From Strigamia acuminata (Eukaryota), in contig OX442314.1 of NCBI GenBank assembly GCA_949358305.1, positions 26,660,001-26,724,000 of the forward strand: a DNA stretch of 64,000 nucleotides. The letters run 5' to 3'. Of the stretch, positions 1 to 22,519 are shown piece after piece. Under the pieces are notes generated by a model. The model was not told the origin of the DNA. It worked only from the letters and a program-made list of their open reading frames with translations, and searched no databases. Position 1 is the first letter of the stretch. Each line of letters opens with the position of its first letter. Both the position numbers and the translations under genes were made by a program.

Positions 1-9977
<9,977 letters not shown>

Positions 9978-10419
9978 CTAAAACGAGGCCTAAAAAACAT
10001 TCGTTTTGTACCGTTTTCTATACTCACATTTTTTTCGTCCGATTTCAAACGTTCGAGTTAATCAAACAGGCTGACTGTTTGATAATGATATTAAAATGAC
10101 CTTCAATTACATAATTTCTTCAAAGATTCGATCAGAATTACTTGCAATTTTCTACTCGTTTCTCTCTTGTGTTTTGGAACAGAATGAAATGCTGAAGGTC
10201 ATTCGGTAATGACAAGGGCGTCTGCTACCAAGGTACAAGCGCTAGAGAAGATTTTTATATAATTTTATTTTTGCGTTAATGTAAATTTTTTCTAAGTTAT
10301 AAAATTTTTATTTGATTTTTTGGGTGGTATTATTATTTTTATTATTATTAGTTCCAAATTCGTTCTTTTATTTAGGTCAGAGAAGTGGGATTTACAATAC
10401 AGGTAGTTGAGTATTAAAA

Positions 10420-10433
10420 CACTAGATGTCGCG
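10420..10433 (+). promoter_or_regulatory. CTCF-like motif in the AGL/PKMYT1 divergent intergenic region
   Basis: CACTAGATGTCGCG resembles the CTCF core CCACTAGRTGGCGC. Confidence 0.45.
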
Positions 10434-10795
10434 CCGTGATGTAAATAATGCGAGCCGAATGCGGAAGTCTACTTGTTTATACAAAAATAAAAAGATTCAG
10501 TGGCTAAATTTAAAATTTAAAATAGGAAAAATGCGGTTTCAGAGTCATTGAAGCGAAGAAACCATCAAGTGCCGTTTCTAAATCATTTCTTCAAAATGCA
10601 GTTTTATAAATCACTTTCGAAATCACGGACTCATAAATCAAAATCACTTTTTAAATCTTTTAAATCAAGTTTCTTAATCATCAAATAAAGTTGAAAAATC
10701 ATTAAATTCAATTTTTCGTCATTAATTTACTCATTAAAAACAAAATTAAAATTTCAAAAATAAAAACCAAGCTAAATTAGAAGTTATTTAATTTT

Positions 10796-10810
10796 GCCAC
10801 TAGATGGCAT
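10796..10810 (+). promoter_or_regulatory. CTCF-like motif upstream of PKMYT1
   Basis: GCCACTAGATGGCAT; the 17-mer tttgccactagatggca recurs at 61557. Confidence 0.55.
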
Positions 10811-10981
10811 CCCCAAAAAATGACGTATTTGGCGCGAACACCAACAGATTTGCACCAACGTCACATGGCGCCATAACGAAAACGTACTGTGAGCCGGAAT
10901 CCAACAACACGTCGCGAACCAGCCCAAAACACCACTTTCCAATCACCTAACAACTCGCGTCAAAATTGTCAACTCCATCCA

Positions 10982-13127
10982 ATGGCTTCAACTCCTTCCT
11001 ACGAGCACTTACCGAAACCCCAGCAATTCACCGACCCACGAACATTATCCACAAAAAAGGTAAAAAACAAAAACAAAAACAAAAAAACCTCATTAATTAA
11101 CACGCAATTCTACTATTCTAGGCACGAGGAACTCCCAGCAACCGGCTGCCATATTGTCCAACCGTGAAAAACAGCCAGTCGATGACCAGAACCCGCCTAT
11201 TCACCAAACCACCGTCAGTGACTAGAAACAGCAATAATTCATTTTCCAGCATTCCAGGAACACGTATCCTTAACAAACGATTAAAATACATAATAATTCA
11301 CACTTAAATGTCTAACTTTAATTAATTTAAGCATCCATTATGGTAATTAAGCCTTCCGAAGGCGATCCATTTAACGACAAAGAATCATACTTCGATTTAG
11401 GTTTTGTTAATTTGGGCAGAATCGGTCAAGGGTCATTTGGAGAGGTGAATTAATCGTTTATTTATTTTAAAATGTAAATTAATTAAATGTAATTGGTTAA
11501 TTTCAGGTTTTTAAGATGAAAAGCAAGGAAGACGGTAAATTTTACGCGATTAAAAGAACTGTGGAGAGATGTGGGCGCCGTGGCACGAGGTTGTGGTATT
11601 TATATTTTTTAGATTTTTTACGGTTAATTCGATTTAAAAAAAGTGTGTTTTTATTGAAAACGTTTAAATTGTAGGTCCGCTAAAGAGGTGAATCAGTTCC
11701 AGAAGCTGCCGGACCATCCGAACGTGATAAAATTCTATAAATCGTGGAAAAGCAGCGAGCACACGTTCATCCAGATGGAATTGTGCGAGACGACTTTGAG
11801 TTATTTGTGCGAGGAAAACCACGAGATTCCCGAGTCGTTGGTGTGGAAATATTTGATCGATTTATTGCTGGCGCTTAAGCACCTCCACGACCACGATTTA
11901 GTGCACATGGACATCAAGCCGGCCAACATTTTTATTTCTAAATTCAATATATGCAAACTGGGCGATTTTGGCCTCGTTTTGGATTTGAAATCGGACGCGA
12001 TGCACGAAGCGTCGGAAGGCGATGCGAAATACGTGTCGGCCGAAGCGATGAAAGGGATTTACTCGAAAGCGGCCGACATTTTTAGGTTTTTATGTCGAAT
12101 AAACAATGTTTATGCCGATTTATCTGTAATTTTTATATATATATATTTTTTTTATAGTTTAGGGATCACCATTTTGGAATTGGCGTGCGATTTGGATTTG
12201 CCGGATAAAGATGTCGTGTGGCAGGATCTGAGAAAGGGGAAACTTCCTCGCGATTTGATGGGACGTATTTCGCCGCAGTTAATCGCGATTATCGAGTCGA
12301 TGATGATGCCAAATTATTTGAAGCGACCTAGTGTGGATGATCTTTTGGCGTTACCGGAAGTAGTGGACGTGTGGCAAAAGAGGAAAAGGATTTATTCCAC
12401 CGCTAATATGGTAAAAAGAGCAAAAAAGGATCGAGATATTGAGTTTTTCTAGTTTTTAAGTCGTTTTTTCCATCAAAAATTGAATTTCTTCAGTTTTTTA
12501 TTCGTTTTAACACCAAAAATTGAATTTTTTCAGCATTTTTTTTTTGTTTTATCACCAAAAATTGAATTTCATCAGTTTTTTATTCGTTTTACCACCAAAA
12601 ATTGAATTATTTATTTGTTTTTAACGTTTATTTTTCCTTTTTAGTTGAATTCGTTGCTCGATGTTGTCCATTCCTGCTTGCACCGCGTTTCCAAGTTCTT
12701 CGATTTCATCTTGAAGCCATTTAAATGTTTTACATCCGACAGCGGCAAATATGTCACGCCAAAACAATCGCCAAAAACAATCGTCCTGCCGTCCTTCCCG
12801 AGCTACGAATGCGGCGCTGGTGATTGATTTAATTAATAATTTTGAAGTTATAATTACAATAAGTTGTTTTTCCAGATGAATGTTTCGAAGATTTGATGGA
12901 TTTTAGTCCCGATAGGCCGCTGAACGTCGTCGGAGTACTTTTCTCGACGCCGAAATCGCACAGACGACCTCATAAAGATTTAAGGTTACCTGAGGTATCG
13001 GTTCATCATACGCCAATTCAACCAAAGATTCTGTTCACCGAGGTTGTTTTGCTGATTTTGTGCGATTTTATTTATTTTATTTTATTTGTGTTTTTCATTT
13101 TAGTTGAATTATTCGGATGAAGACTGA
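10982..13127 (+). CDS. PKMYT1: Membrane-associated tyrosine/threonine Cdk1-inhibitory kinase Myt1 (Wee1 family), multi-exon
   Basis: MASTPS...TLSTKK N-terminus; ESYFDLGF...GQGSFGEVF, YAIK, HMDIKPANIF, KLGDFG, EGDAKY and LELACDLDLP...WQDLRKG (Myt1-type); last exon 13104-13127 encodes LNYSDED*. Confidence 0.88.
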
Positions 13128-13280
13128 TTTTGTTTAAATTTATTATTTACTCGTCATATTATTGAAATTTTAAATTTATAAAAAAAAAATTCGTTTTGTT
13201 CTTGGATATTATTATTATATATTTATATTTGTAAATTTAAATTGATTTTTTTTGTCACAAATACAATTTTTTTTTTCTAT

Positions 13281-13301
13281 TCATAATTTCGGTGTTAGTC
13301 A
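13281..13301 (-). other. Stop-codon readthrough signal (UGA-CUA) and cryptic PTS1-like extension X-L-T-P-K-L*
   Basis: The minus strand reads ATG TGA CTA ACA CCG AAA TTA TGA. Confidence 0.75.
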
Positions 13302-15692
13302 CATCAGTTTGAGTTTGAGATTGTCGGCCAGTTTGTCCATGAATTCGAAAGTGTTCAGATAATCTTTACGAGTAACACTAAAAATAAATTTTTTAATAAA
13401 ATTAAAAAAAAGTTTTAGAATTATACAATTATTTAAATTACCCGCTCATTCCTTTGATGCAAATGGCCAAATCTTTAGTCATGTATCCAGCTTCGATCGT
13501 CTCGACGCAAACTTTTTCCAAATTCTCAGCAAAATTCTTCAATTCGGTGTTGTTGTCCAATTTGGCCCGATGAAGCATTCCACGCGTCCAAGCAAATATA
13601 GAAGCTAAAAAGAATTTTAAACATATAAAATTTATTTTTAATATTTAATAATTTTATTTTTTATTTCAATTTATTATCTACCAATGGGATTAGTCGAGGT
13701 TTCTTTGCCCTGCTCATGCATTCGAAAATGGCGCGTTACTGTTCCGTGCGCGGCTTCCGATTCAACGGTTTTACCGTCCGGACAGATTAAAACACTCGTC
13801 ATCATTCCCAATGATCCAAATCCTAAGAAAAATAAATAAAAATATATTAAAAATGTATTCATTGTATTTTTGTAGTATTTAGAATTGTTGTACCTTGCGC
13901 TACTGAATCCGATTGAACATCGCCATCGTAGTTCTTACAGGCCCAAACAAAGCCACCTTCGCTTTTCATGGCCTGCGCTACCATGTCATCAATGAGTCGA
14001 TGTTCGTACCAAATCCCGACTTTTTCGTACTTTTGCTTATATTCTTTATCATAAATAGCTTGGAAAATATCTTTAAATCTTCCATCGTAATGTTTGAGTA
14101 TTGTATTCTTCGTACTTAAAAGAAAAAAAATTAAATTTCAAGAAAATTAAAAAAAATTTCAAAGGATTTAAAAATTCGCATCGCCGAACCTTAAATACAG
14201 CGGCAATTTCTTCTGCAACGAAAACTCCATCGAACAATAAGCGAAATCTTTAATACTGTCATCGGTATTGAACATCCCCAAAGCAATCCCCGGCGCCTTG
14301 AAGTCATTTATGCAACACGCAATGACATGCCCGTCGCCTTTCGGCGTGAATTTCAATTCCAATCGTCCAGCGGATGGAACCACGAAATCCACAGCCTTGT
14401 ATTGATCGGCATGAGCGTGTCTGCCTATAATAATCGGCTTGGTCCACCCGGTCACCAATCTCGGGATGTTTTTGCAAATAATCGCTTCCCTGAACACCGT
14501 TCCGCCCAGAATGTTCCGAATTGTGCCGTTAGGGGACTTCCACATTTGCTTCAACTTGAATTCTAAATTAATTTTTATATTAGTCACATTAAAATTAAAT
14601 TATAAACAATTAATTGTTCACCTTCGACTCTATTTTCGTCGGGCGTTATGGTTGCGCACTTCACTCCCACGTTGTATTTTTTGATCGCATTTGCGCAGTC
14701 AATGGTAACTGCAAACAAATATAAACACAATTAGACGACTAAATGACATCATTAAGTCAGCGGGGGGTTTTTAGGGGGATAATGAGGTGTTGGGGGGTCG
14801 TGAGGGACGTCTGGGAGAGCCGGGTTTGGGGAATTTCAACATTTTCGCATTTTTATATCGCAATAATCATCGCGTGGTAATTCGAACGTGATAAATCGTT
14901 TCGAAAGACGTTGAGTAATTATTTTTATGTTGTTTTATGTCTGGTTTTGAACTTGTCCTATTCAACTACTGGAGCAAGGACGTATAACGATTCGTTAAAT
15001 GTTGCGAAAACGGTTCGTTGTATCGGGGTTTTTGTGTTAATCGGTGAAGGTCACGTTGGATAACACAAAAAAAGGTCATCGAGGGTCATACAACCCAAAA
15101 AAATCCAAAAAAATTAAAATAATTGTTTTGATTAACCAAAAGTCAAATTTAAAGCAAAAATCGGATTTTTTTTTTTTTAATTTAATTTTTGTACTTTGGT
15201 CATTTGTAGCGTCACGTGACTGGATACTCAGGTCGTAGGAGTGAAGTTCGATGTCCACGAATGGAAAAATTAATTTGTCTTTGATGATTTCCCAGATTAT
15301 TCTAGAATAAAACAAAAAAAATCGAATAAATTTTCAAAAAATAAAAATAAAACATAAAACATAAAAATAAAAATAAAATAAATTTAAAAAAAATAAAAAA
15401 TAATAATTTCGAAGCAGGAAACAGACCAGGAAATAAACCGAAAGAAAATTTACCTGTATATTTTTACCGATCAAGATTTCATTTAAAACTCACAAAAATA
15501 TTTCGCAATCTTTTTTTCAATTTATCAATTTTCGATCAAACTCGAACTCACCTCGTCATCTCATCCCCTTGAACCTCGACAATCGGCCCGCCTAAAGAAA
15601 AACAAAAACAACGACAAAAATTGAAATAAAAACATCAAAAATGGATGCCAAACATCGACATTCGATCGCATCTTACAACTAATTTTGCCCAT
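13299..15692 (-). CDS. IDH1: Cytosolic NADP-dependent isocitrate dehydrogenase, multi-exon
   Basis: Starts [19 protein letters not shown] with no mitochondrial presequence; contains [26 protein letters not shown] and [10 protein letters not shown]; ends [21 protein letters not shown] (TGA at 13301-13299). Confidence 0.97.
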
Positions 15693-16531
15693 GTTATCGA
15701 AATTAATGTTTCGCGAGGAAAACAAGCCGCATCAAACCAATTTTTGATACTGTTAAGTACCGCCCGCTTTTCCCTGTTTATATCAGGGCGAAAACACAGC
15801 TGAAATGTCACTTCCGGTTAGGTTAGCGGGAGGACGGAGCCTCGTGTGTTTTTCTAGGTTGCGAGCCGTACCGCGTTGTAAAGATATGGGTCAATCGCTA
15901 ATATCTGATCATGCGAGTAGTAAAAGTCTATTTATTTGAACGACTTGTTTAATGTTAATAATTTATGAGTAATAAAATTCCAACCAAGATATTTCAGTTT
16001 AGTCCAAGCCATTTTGATCTTGTTGACTTTAGTTACGAAGGCGGAAGTAAACCGAATCGATTTTCTATTGATTTTCTGGGGTTTCGTTTAAAAACGAGAA
16101 TTCAGAGGACAAAAAATTGCTGAAAAGGTGAAAGGAAAGGTGAAAGACAACTAAGATTTATAAAAATAATAAAATTATGCAATCCGCCCTAGATAAATTC
16201 ATGATGTTGTTATCTCTCGCAAGATGGAGCGAGCAACTCATTTATATAGATTATTAAATTAAAGAAACGACTAATAACATATTTATTAAGAAAAAGAACA
16301 TTATAATTAATTTAAACGTATTCATTTTTTTTATTGTAGATAATTTTATAAAACACAACTTTTAAAAGCTTGGTTCACACTTGCGGATATGCTGCGGAAT
16401 TGTTGCATCCGGGGTTTGCTACAATGAGCTGTGATTGGCTGCGGGAAAAACGTATCCGCGGCGTATCCGCAAGTGTGAACCAGGCTTTATAGAAGTGAAT
16501 TCACAACTGCACTGGAATTGTATATCTCAAA
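15693..16531. promoter_or_regulatory. Probable bidirectional promoter region IDH1/MFAP1
   Basis: Divergent ATGs about 840 bp apart; oppositely oriented ETS-like motifs cacttccggt (~15809) and ggcggaagta (~16040). Confidence 0.5.
16366..16487. mobile_element. Small MITE (~120 bp, Harbinger-like ends) just upstream of the MFAP1 start codon
   Basis: AAGCTTGGTTCACACTTGCGGATATGCTGCGGA matches the reverse complement of TCCGCGGCGTATCCGCAAGTGTGAACCAGGCTT with 3 mismatches; the TSD is imperfect. Confidence 0.75.
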
Positions 16532-18208
16532 ATGGCGTCTACGGTGATTCCAATCCAGTCAACTGCTGGAGCGATTCCAGTATTAAATGAGAAGGGTAAA
16601 CGCACGAAATGATAAAAAAATAATGTTATATGTTTAAAACTTTTGTCCTGTTTAGGTGAGGTGTCTATGCGCAAGGTGAAGGTGCACAGATATGTATCTG
16701 GCAAGCGACCCGAATATGCGCCACACAGTTCGAGTGGAGAAGACAGCGACGATGAGTTTCCATTCGAGAAGAAAAACAGACAGAATCAAGAACAAGTTGA
16801 GATTGCGACGATCGAACAGGACGAAAGAGACGACCCCAGGCTGAGACGATTGCAAAACAGGGATTATGAAACGAATACCGAAGAAAGAGTTGAAAGACAT
16901 CGACATATTCATGCGCCGGAAGTTCTCGTAACTGGAGAAGAGGAATTGAAGGAAGCCGACAAGAAGAGGAAACGTGAAGAAGAAGCTGAAAGCAGCGAAG
17001 AAGAGGATTTAGATGACGATGTAATTGACATTTCTTTTATTGTTTCTTATTTTTGCTCGATAAATGCAGATTTTTGGGTTGAAACATGTTTTTTTACACC
17101 AAAAAATGCAGATTTTAGTCAGAAAAAGTCAGTTTTGCTCTTAATTGTGCGTTTTATTGGAAAAAAAATTAAGTTTTATCATAAAAATGCAGTTTCTTTG
17201 TCGAAAAATTAGTTTTTCTGTATAAAAATATTAAAAATGTATCTTTTTTTTAGGAAATCGAAAAACGGCGTTTGTTGTTGCGAAAAAAACAACTGGACGC
17301 GCGTGAAGTCGAGTTAGAAATACTCGATGTTGAAGAAGAGGAGAAACCGGAGCCGGAAACCGAGGAATCGGCATCGGAATACGAAGAATACACCGAAAGC
17401 GAAGAAGAAATTGGTCCCAGATTGAAACCCGTTTTCGTTAAAAAACGTGATCGTATAACCGTTCAAGAGCGGGAGAGAGTCGAGTTGCAGCAACAGGAAC
17501 TGGAAGTCGAAGCGAAGAAAATGGCGGAAGATCGGCGGAGAGAGACGCTCAAAATAATCGAGGAGGAAAATAAAAAGGATCTGATCGAGAAGGAAGGAAT
17601 AACGGATCCGAGCAACGCGGTTGTGAGCGACGATGAAAACGACGAGGCGGAGTACGAGGGATGGAAGTTGAGGGAGTTGAAGAGGATTAAGCGCGACAGA
17701 GATGAGAGAGAATCCCGGGAAAAGGAACGACTAGAAATCGAACGATACCACGGCCTAACCGACGAAGAACGTCGCGCCGAACAACGCCTCAACCCCAAAC
17801 TCGTGACCAACAAATCCGTCAAAGGAAAATACAAGTTCCTTCAGAAATACTACCACCGCGGTGCGTTCTTCATGGACGAAGACGACGAAGTCTTCCAAAG
17901 AGACTTCTCCCAACCAACCCTCGAAGACCATTTCGACAAAACCATTCTACCCAAAGTCATGCAGGTAAATAAAACACATCCGCCATTTTTAAAACCGATT
18001 TTTAAACCGTTTTTTATCTTTTCAGGTCAAAAACTTTGGTCGATCGGGACGAACCAAATACACGCATTTGGTTGACCAAGACACGACTCAATTCGACTCC
18101 CCCTGGGTCCAGGAAACCGCTCAGAATTTGAAATTCCACGCCAACCAATCGGGAGGAATGAAACAAACATTCGATCGACCGACCGTGAAAAAGCGAAAAA
18201 CTAAATAA
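16532..18208 (+). CDS. MFAP1: Microfibrillar-associated protein 1 (spliceosomal B-complex protein), 4 coding exons
   Basis: [66 protein letters not shown] and [21 protein letters not shown] motifs. Confidence 0.97.
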
Positions 18209-18459
18209 AATATTTTTTTTTTTGTTATTGTGAATGGAAAATCGTTTTGGAAGTTGTGTAAATATTTTTTTTTTTCGTAATTTTGAAATAAAATAGTTGA
18301 TAGTGACGCGCAGATTGTTTATCGCCGTTTGTTTTGTGTCAAGCACAGCTTGCGGCGTCGTGAAGTGACGTCAGAGTTGTAGAGGTCACACGACTGGAGC
18401 TGTTAAGGTGTCAGTTGGTGTTGGAATTTGGTTGTTGTTAGTGGATCTTTTGTGTGAGA

Positions 18460-20256
18460 ATGTTTTCTCGGTTTACACTCTCTGTCGTCTTGTTTCAGGT
18501 GAGTATTTCTATTTTAACATTCGTGTAACGTTATTGCAACATTAAAAATACAAAAAAAATATTAATTTTTTTTTTTTTACATCTGGTTTTACAATAATTG
18601 GAAATAATAACAAAATTGTGAAAGGAAATATGTTTTATTCAACAACAGAAAGCAAAAATTCGTCCATTTTGATACAATTTGAAAATATTATGTAATAATC
18701 AATTTTAATATTTCTAAAAAACATTTTTTTATATTTTATGCTTTTAAATTGATTTTTTTTTTATATATAAAAAACGGGTATCAGATAAACGCATTTAATG
18801 ATCATTTAAAGACAATTAAATGTTAAAAATTAATATATCCTCATGGTGTGACTGAAGTCCACTTTTCCAGTCAATGATTTAATCTCATTCCAATACAATA
18901 ACAAAAGACACGACAGCAATGCCTATACTGAGCTGCCACAAGTGGCAACTCTCTGAACTTTCGTAACCGGGATGAAATGGACACGGCAAATTATCTGCGT
19001 AATTTGCGTGTCAGTTACGATATACGTGTTGTTCAAGGTTTTACAATATCCAGTTTTAATTACCCGATCATTTTATCTATGTTTTTATGCGTTTTGTTTC
19101 AGTATTTGATGATTTTGCGCGATACGCCGCACGGCCTAGGGATCCCGTCGTCGAGCCAAGCGGTCCAGCTCGATGTTTATTACGAATCTTTGTGTCCGGA
19201 TAGTGTGAGGTTTATTACCCAACAGCTGTGGCCAGCTTACCAGAAGTTATCCAGTATTATTAGCTTGCAACTAGTGCCTTATGGCAAAGCTTCCGTGAGT
19301 TACTGTCGCCGAAATGGCAACACGTGATTGAATGTATTCATATTAATTTTTGTTTGTGTTTTGAAGTATCAAAGACATGGTGACGATTGGGTTTTCACGT
19401 GTCAGCATGGACCACCTGAATGTAAAGGAAATTTAGTACAGGTATAAAATGTGTTGGATTTGTTGATTTTTATGGGTTTTTGCGTACAATTGGAACAGCT
19501 CCAATTGTACGTAGGATTTGAATGTAATTGATTATTTTATTTTTGAGGCAAAAATTGAATTTTTGTGGGAAAAAAATTGAATTTTTGAGGGAGAAAAATT
19601 GAATTTTTGAGGCAAAAAATTGAATTTTTGAGGGAAAAAAATTGAATTTTTGAGGAAAAAAGCATTTTAAACGTAAAAAAAAATAGGATAAAATAAAAAG
19701 TTCCTGGCTCCACAATATCTTCCATATTTCACAACAAAGCCGAAATCTTCCATCCGAATTCTAACTATTTGAAAACAATTTCCAGGCATGCGCTATTCAT
19801 CTACACCCACAAACAGATAAAAACCTCCAATTTGTCAACTGTGCCATGAGTTCCACTTACCCACCCAATGCCGGACAAACCGTAAGATTTAATTAATTAA
19901 TCAACCAATACAACTAAAAAAAAAAAAACATTTTAGTGCGCAGAAACGTCTGAACTAAACTGGAATCAGATATCGGAATGTATCGACAGTCGAGACGGAA
20001 ATGAAATTCTGCACGACATGGGTGTTAAGACGGAGAATCTAAACCCACCGCTAACGTTCATACCGTGGATCGTTGTTAACGGGGTAAAAATTATATATAT
20101 TTATATACATATATATAATTTAATTAAAAATTCATCAAATTTTATTCATTTCTCTAGAAATCTTCCTCCGAAATCCTCGATGCTGCTCTAACTAATCTTC
20201 AAGGATTGATTTGCAAGAGTTACTCAGGACCGGAAGTACCTCCAGCTTGCACTTAA
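18460..20256 (+). CDS. Gamma-interferon-inducible lysosomal thiol reductase (GILT)-like protein, CxxS type
   Basis: Hydrophobic exon 1 MFSRFTLSVVLFQ (18460-18498); VYYESLCPDS, LVPYGKA, the GILT signature CQHGPPECKGN, and FIPWIVVNG; ends ICKSYSGPEVPPACT*. Confidence 0.9.
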
Positions 20257-20310
20257 AAAAAGAAAAGACAAATTGTTGGATTTGTTACAAAATGATTTTT
20301 ATTTCTTTTT

Positions 20311-22107
20311 TTAAACGATTTTATCTTCAATTTTTATTTTCTTGGAATAATGTTCAATTCTTTCGTCTAAACTGTTGCACGTCTGTCTGCTTAAAAGCGG
20401 CTTGTAAATTTTCGATTTTATTTGCGACGTTAAGTTGTCCGTTTGATGGTTGTTTTGTGAGTCTTCCACTTTTTCTAATAATTTCCTGGTGATTGTTGCC
20501 CTGTTTTTATCGTTTGTTTATTTATAAACAAAAAAAAAGACAATGATTACGTGAATAAATAAAGGTTACGGATAATTTAATGTTTTGTTTTTGTTATTTC
20601 TAATCTACTATTTACTTTATCGCTTCGTTGCTCCATTCCCGTTGATAATTCTGAATGACTTGAGTTTTTGCTTCTAAAAAAACAAATATACAAAGTAAAA
20701 TATATTAAATACATTTTCAACACTGGCAGCCATTTGCAAAAATGGCGGACTGTTAAAAAAATGTATTTATAAAGAAAAATGTATTAAATTTACATTTTCA
20801 ATAACGGCAGCCATTTGCAAAAATGGCGACCTGTTTAAACAAAACAAAATCACCTTCGTCAACCGTCCACTCGACGTTGAAATCGCATTCAAACAAAACC
20901 AACGGTAATTCCGACGCCATATCGTATTGCGGTTTCCTCGGACATTTCTCTACGTTAAATAAGTCTTCGATCACAGTTGGCGGTTCGACTGTTTGTCCAA
21001 CAAGGAAAAGAATGGCCACAATACACCGCACTTGATGCCACAAAAACCCCGTACTCGAAATGACAAATTCGTATAATTGGTACCCATCATCGTCACTAAA
21101 AAATCCAAAAAGAAATATCTATAAAAATTAATAAGTTAAAAAATATATATATATACTTATTAACGGGATTAATTTCCGCCCTCGTGATGGTCCTGATGAA
21201 TTTAGTGACGCCATTCCCGACGTCCATTTTGCACAAATTCCTAAAATCGTGCTCGCCCATCAAATAGTCGCATCCTGTCCTCATTTTCTCAACGTCCAAC
21301 CCAGATTTGGGGAAATAATATTTATAAGTTCGTTGAAAACACGAAAACCTAAAAAATAAACTCCCCAAAAAAATTAAAAAATTAAAAAATCCAAATTTCT
21401 GTGATCAAACTGCACCTGGCGCTAAAATCAACATCGACAGGCGCCCAAGCCAAAACTCGGATTTCTTTCGGTAAAACCTTATTCAGAATAAACGTGTATC
21501 GAATTTCCTCCTCGCAATTTCGACCACTGTTTCCACAATCGATGACTCCGAGTCCGGAATTGAGATTCGACCGTAAATCGATCGAAATAACCTGCGAAAA
21601 CGCGCTCACTCCTTTATCGGTTCGACCACACCGATGATAATTCGAATTTTCCCTGCATTCGATTAACCGCGTTATAATCAGAGCATTGAACAGCGAATTT
21701 TCTATAGTTTTCATTTCGTCTTCTTGGACAGTGAATCCGTGATAATTCCAACCCAAATACGCCACTTTTAAGGCCACGTGTCGTTTATTATACCTAAAAA
21801 AAACAATTTATTACATTAAAAGATGCCCAATTTGTCGTTTAAAAGCATTTTACTTGCTAAAATCAAATTTTTTGAGTTTACAAGATTTCTTGTCCTCCAT
21901 TTTGTTTGATTTTTTAGCGAGGACGTTCCGTAATTGTTTAACGTGGGATTCCAATCGACGAATTCTGTTTATCAAATCCTAAAAAAAATGTTTATAAATT
22001 ATTAACACGACATCTAATTTATACAAAGATCAATTTACAGTCTTTGACCATGAAATTAAATCCTCTTCCTTCTCATTTTCCTGCTTTTTATGCTCCCTGG
22101 ACTCCAT
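20311..22107 (-). CDS. PUS3: tRNA pseudouridine(38/39) synthase, multi-exon
   Basis: RHVALKVAYLGWNYHGF, YHRCGRTDKGVSA, GEHDFRNLCKMDV, GFLWHQVRCIVAIL and PRKPQYDMA; C-terminal YKPLLSRQTCNSLDERIEHY; TAA at 20313-20311. Confidence 0.95.
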
Positions 22108-22519
22108 TTTGATTTTTCAATCACCCGTGTCTGGCAAACCGGTACCTAGCAAATTGAATAATTTTACCATTACAATTTTTTAAAATTAATTATTATTTTA
22201 ATCGAGCAAAAGAGCCAATGCGCCTTTAAAAAATATATATTCTCACGAAGATTAATATATTTTTTAAAACGTTTTTATTCATATCGCATAATTATGGTAA
22301 ACTTCCTGTTATCGGTTAAGCGTTTCACGTTCCGTTGTGAATAGAGCTTGATGTTCTAATCAGGTTCAGTTTCGTGAGTCGTTGGCTGTTAATTTGGTTC
22401 GTGTCTGATTGAATTTATTTTGTGTAGGAGTCGTTTTTGGCGTTGCAGCAGCGAAACAGGTTTCCGATGGGCAGCTGACATTTTAACATTGGATTTCGCA
22501 CACCATATTTACTGTAAAA

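Noticed and set aside
19192..19204. GILT active site CPDS (CxxS) instead of CxxC
   Set aside because: CxxS is common in invertebrate GILT-like proteins, so it is not novel.
20710..20845. Duplicated hairpin GCCATTTGCAAAAATGGC in a PUS3 intron as a possible ncRNA
   Set aside because: No snoRNA boxes or tRNA fold are visible; best explained as an ~80-bp local duplication.
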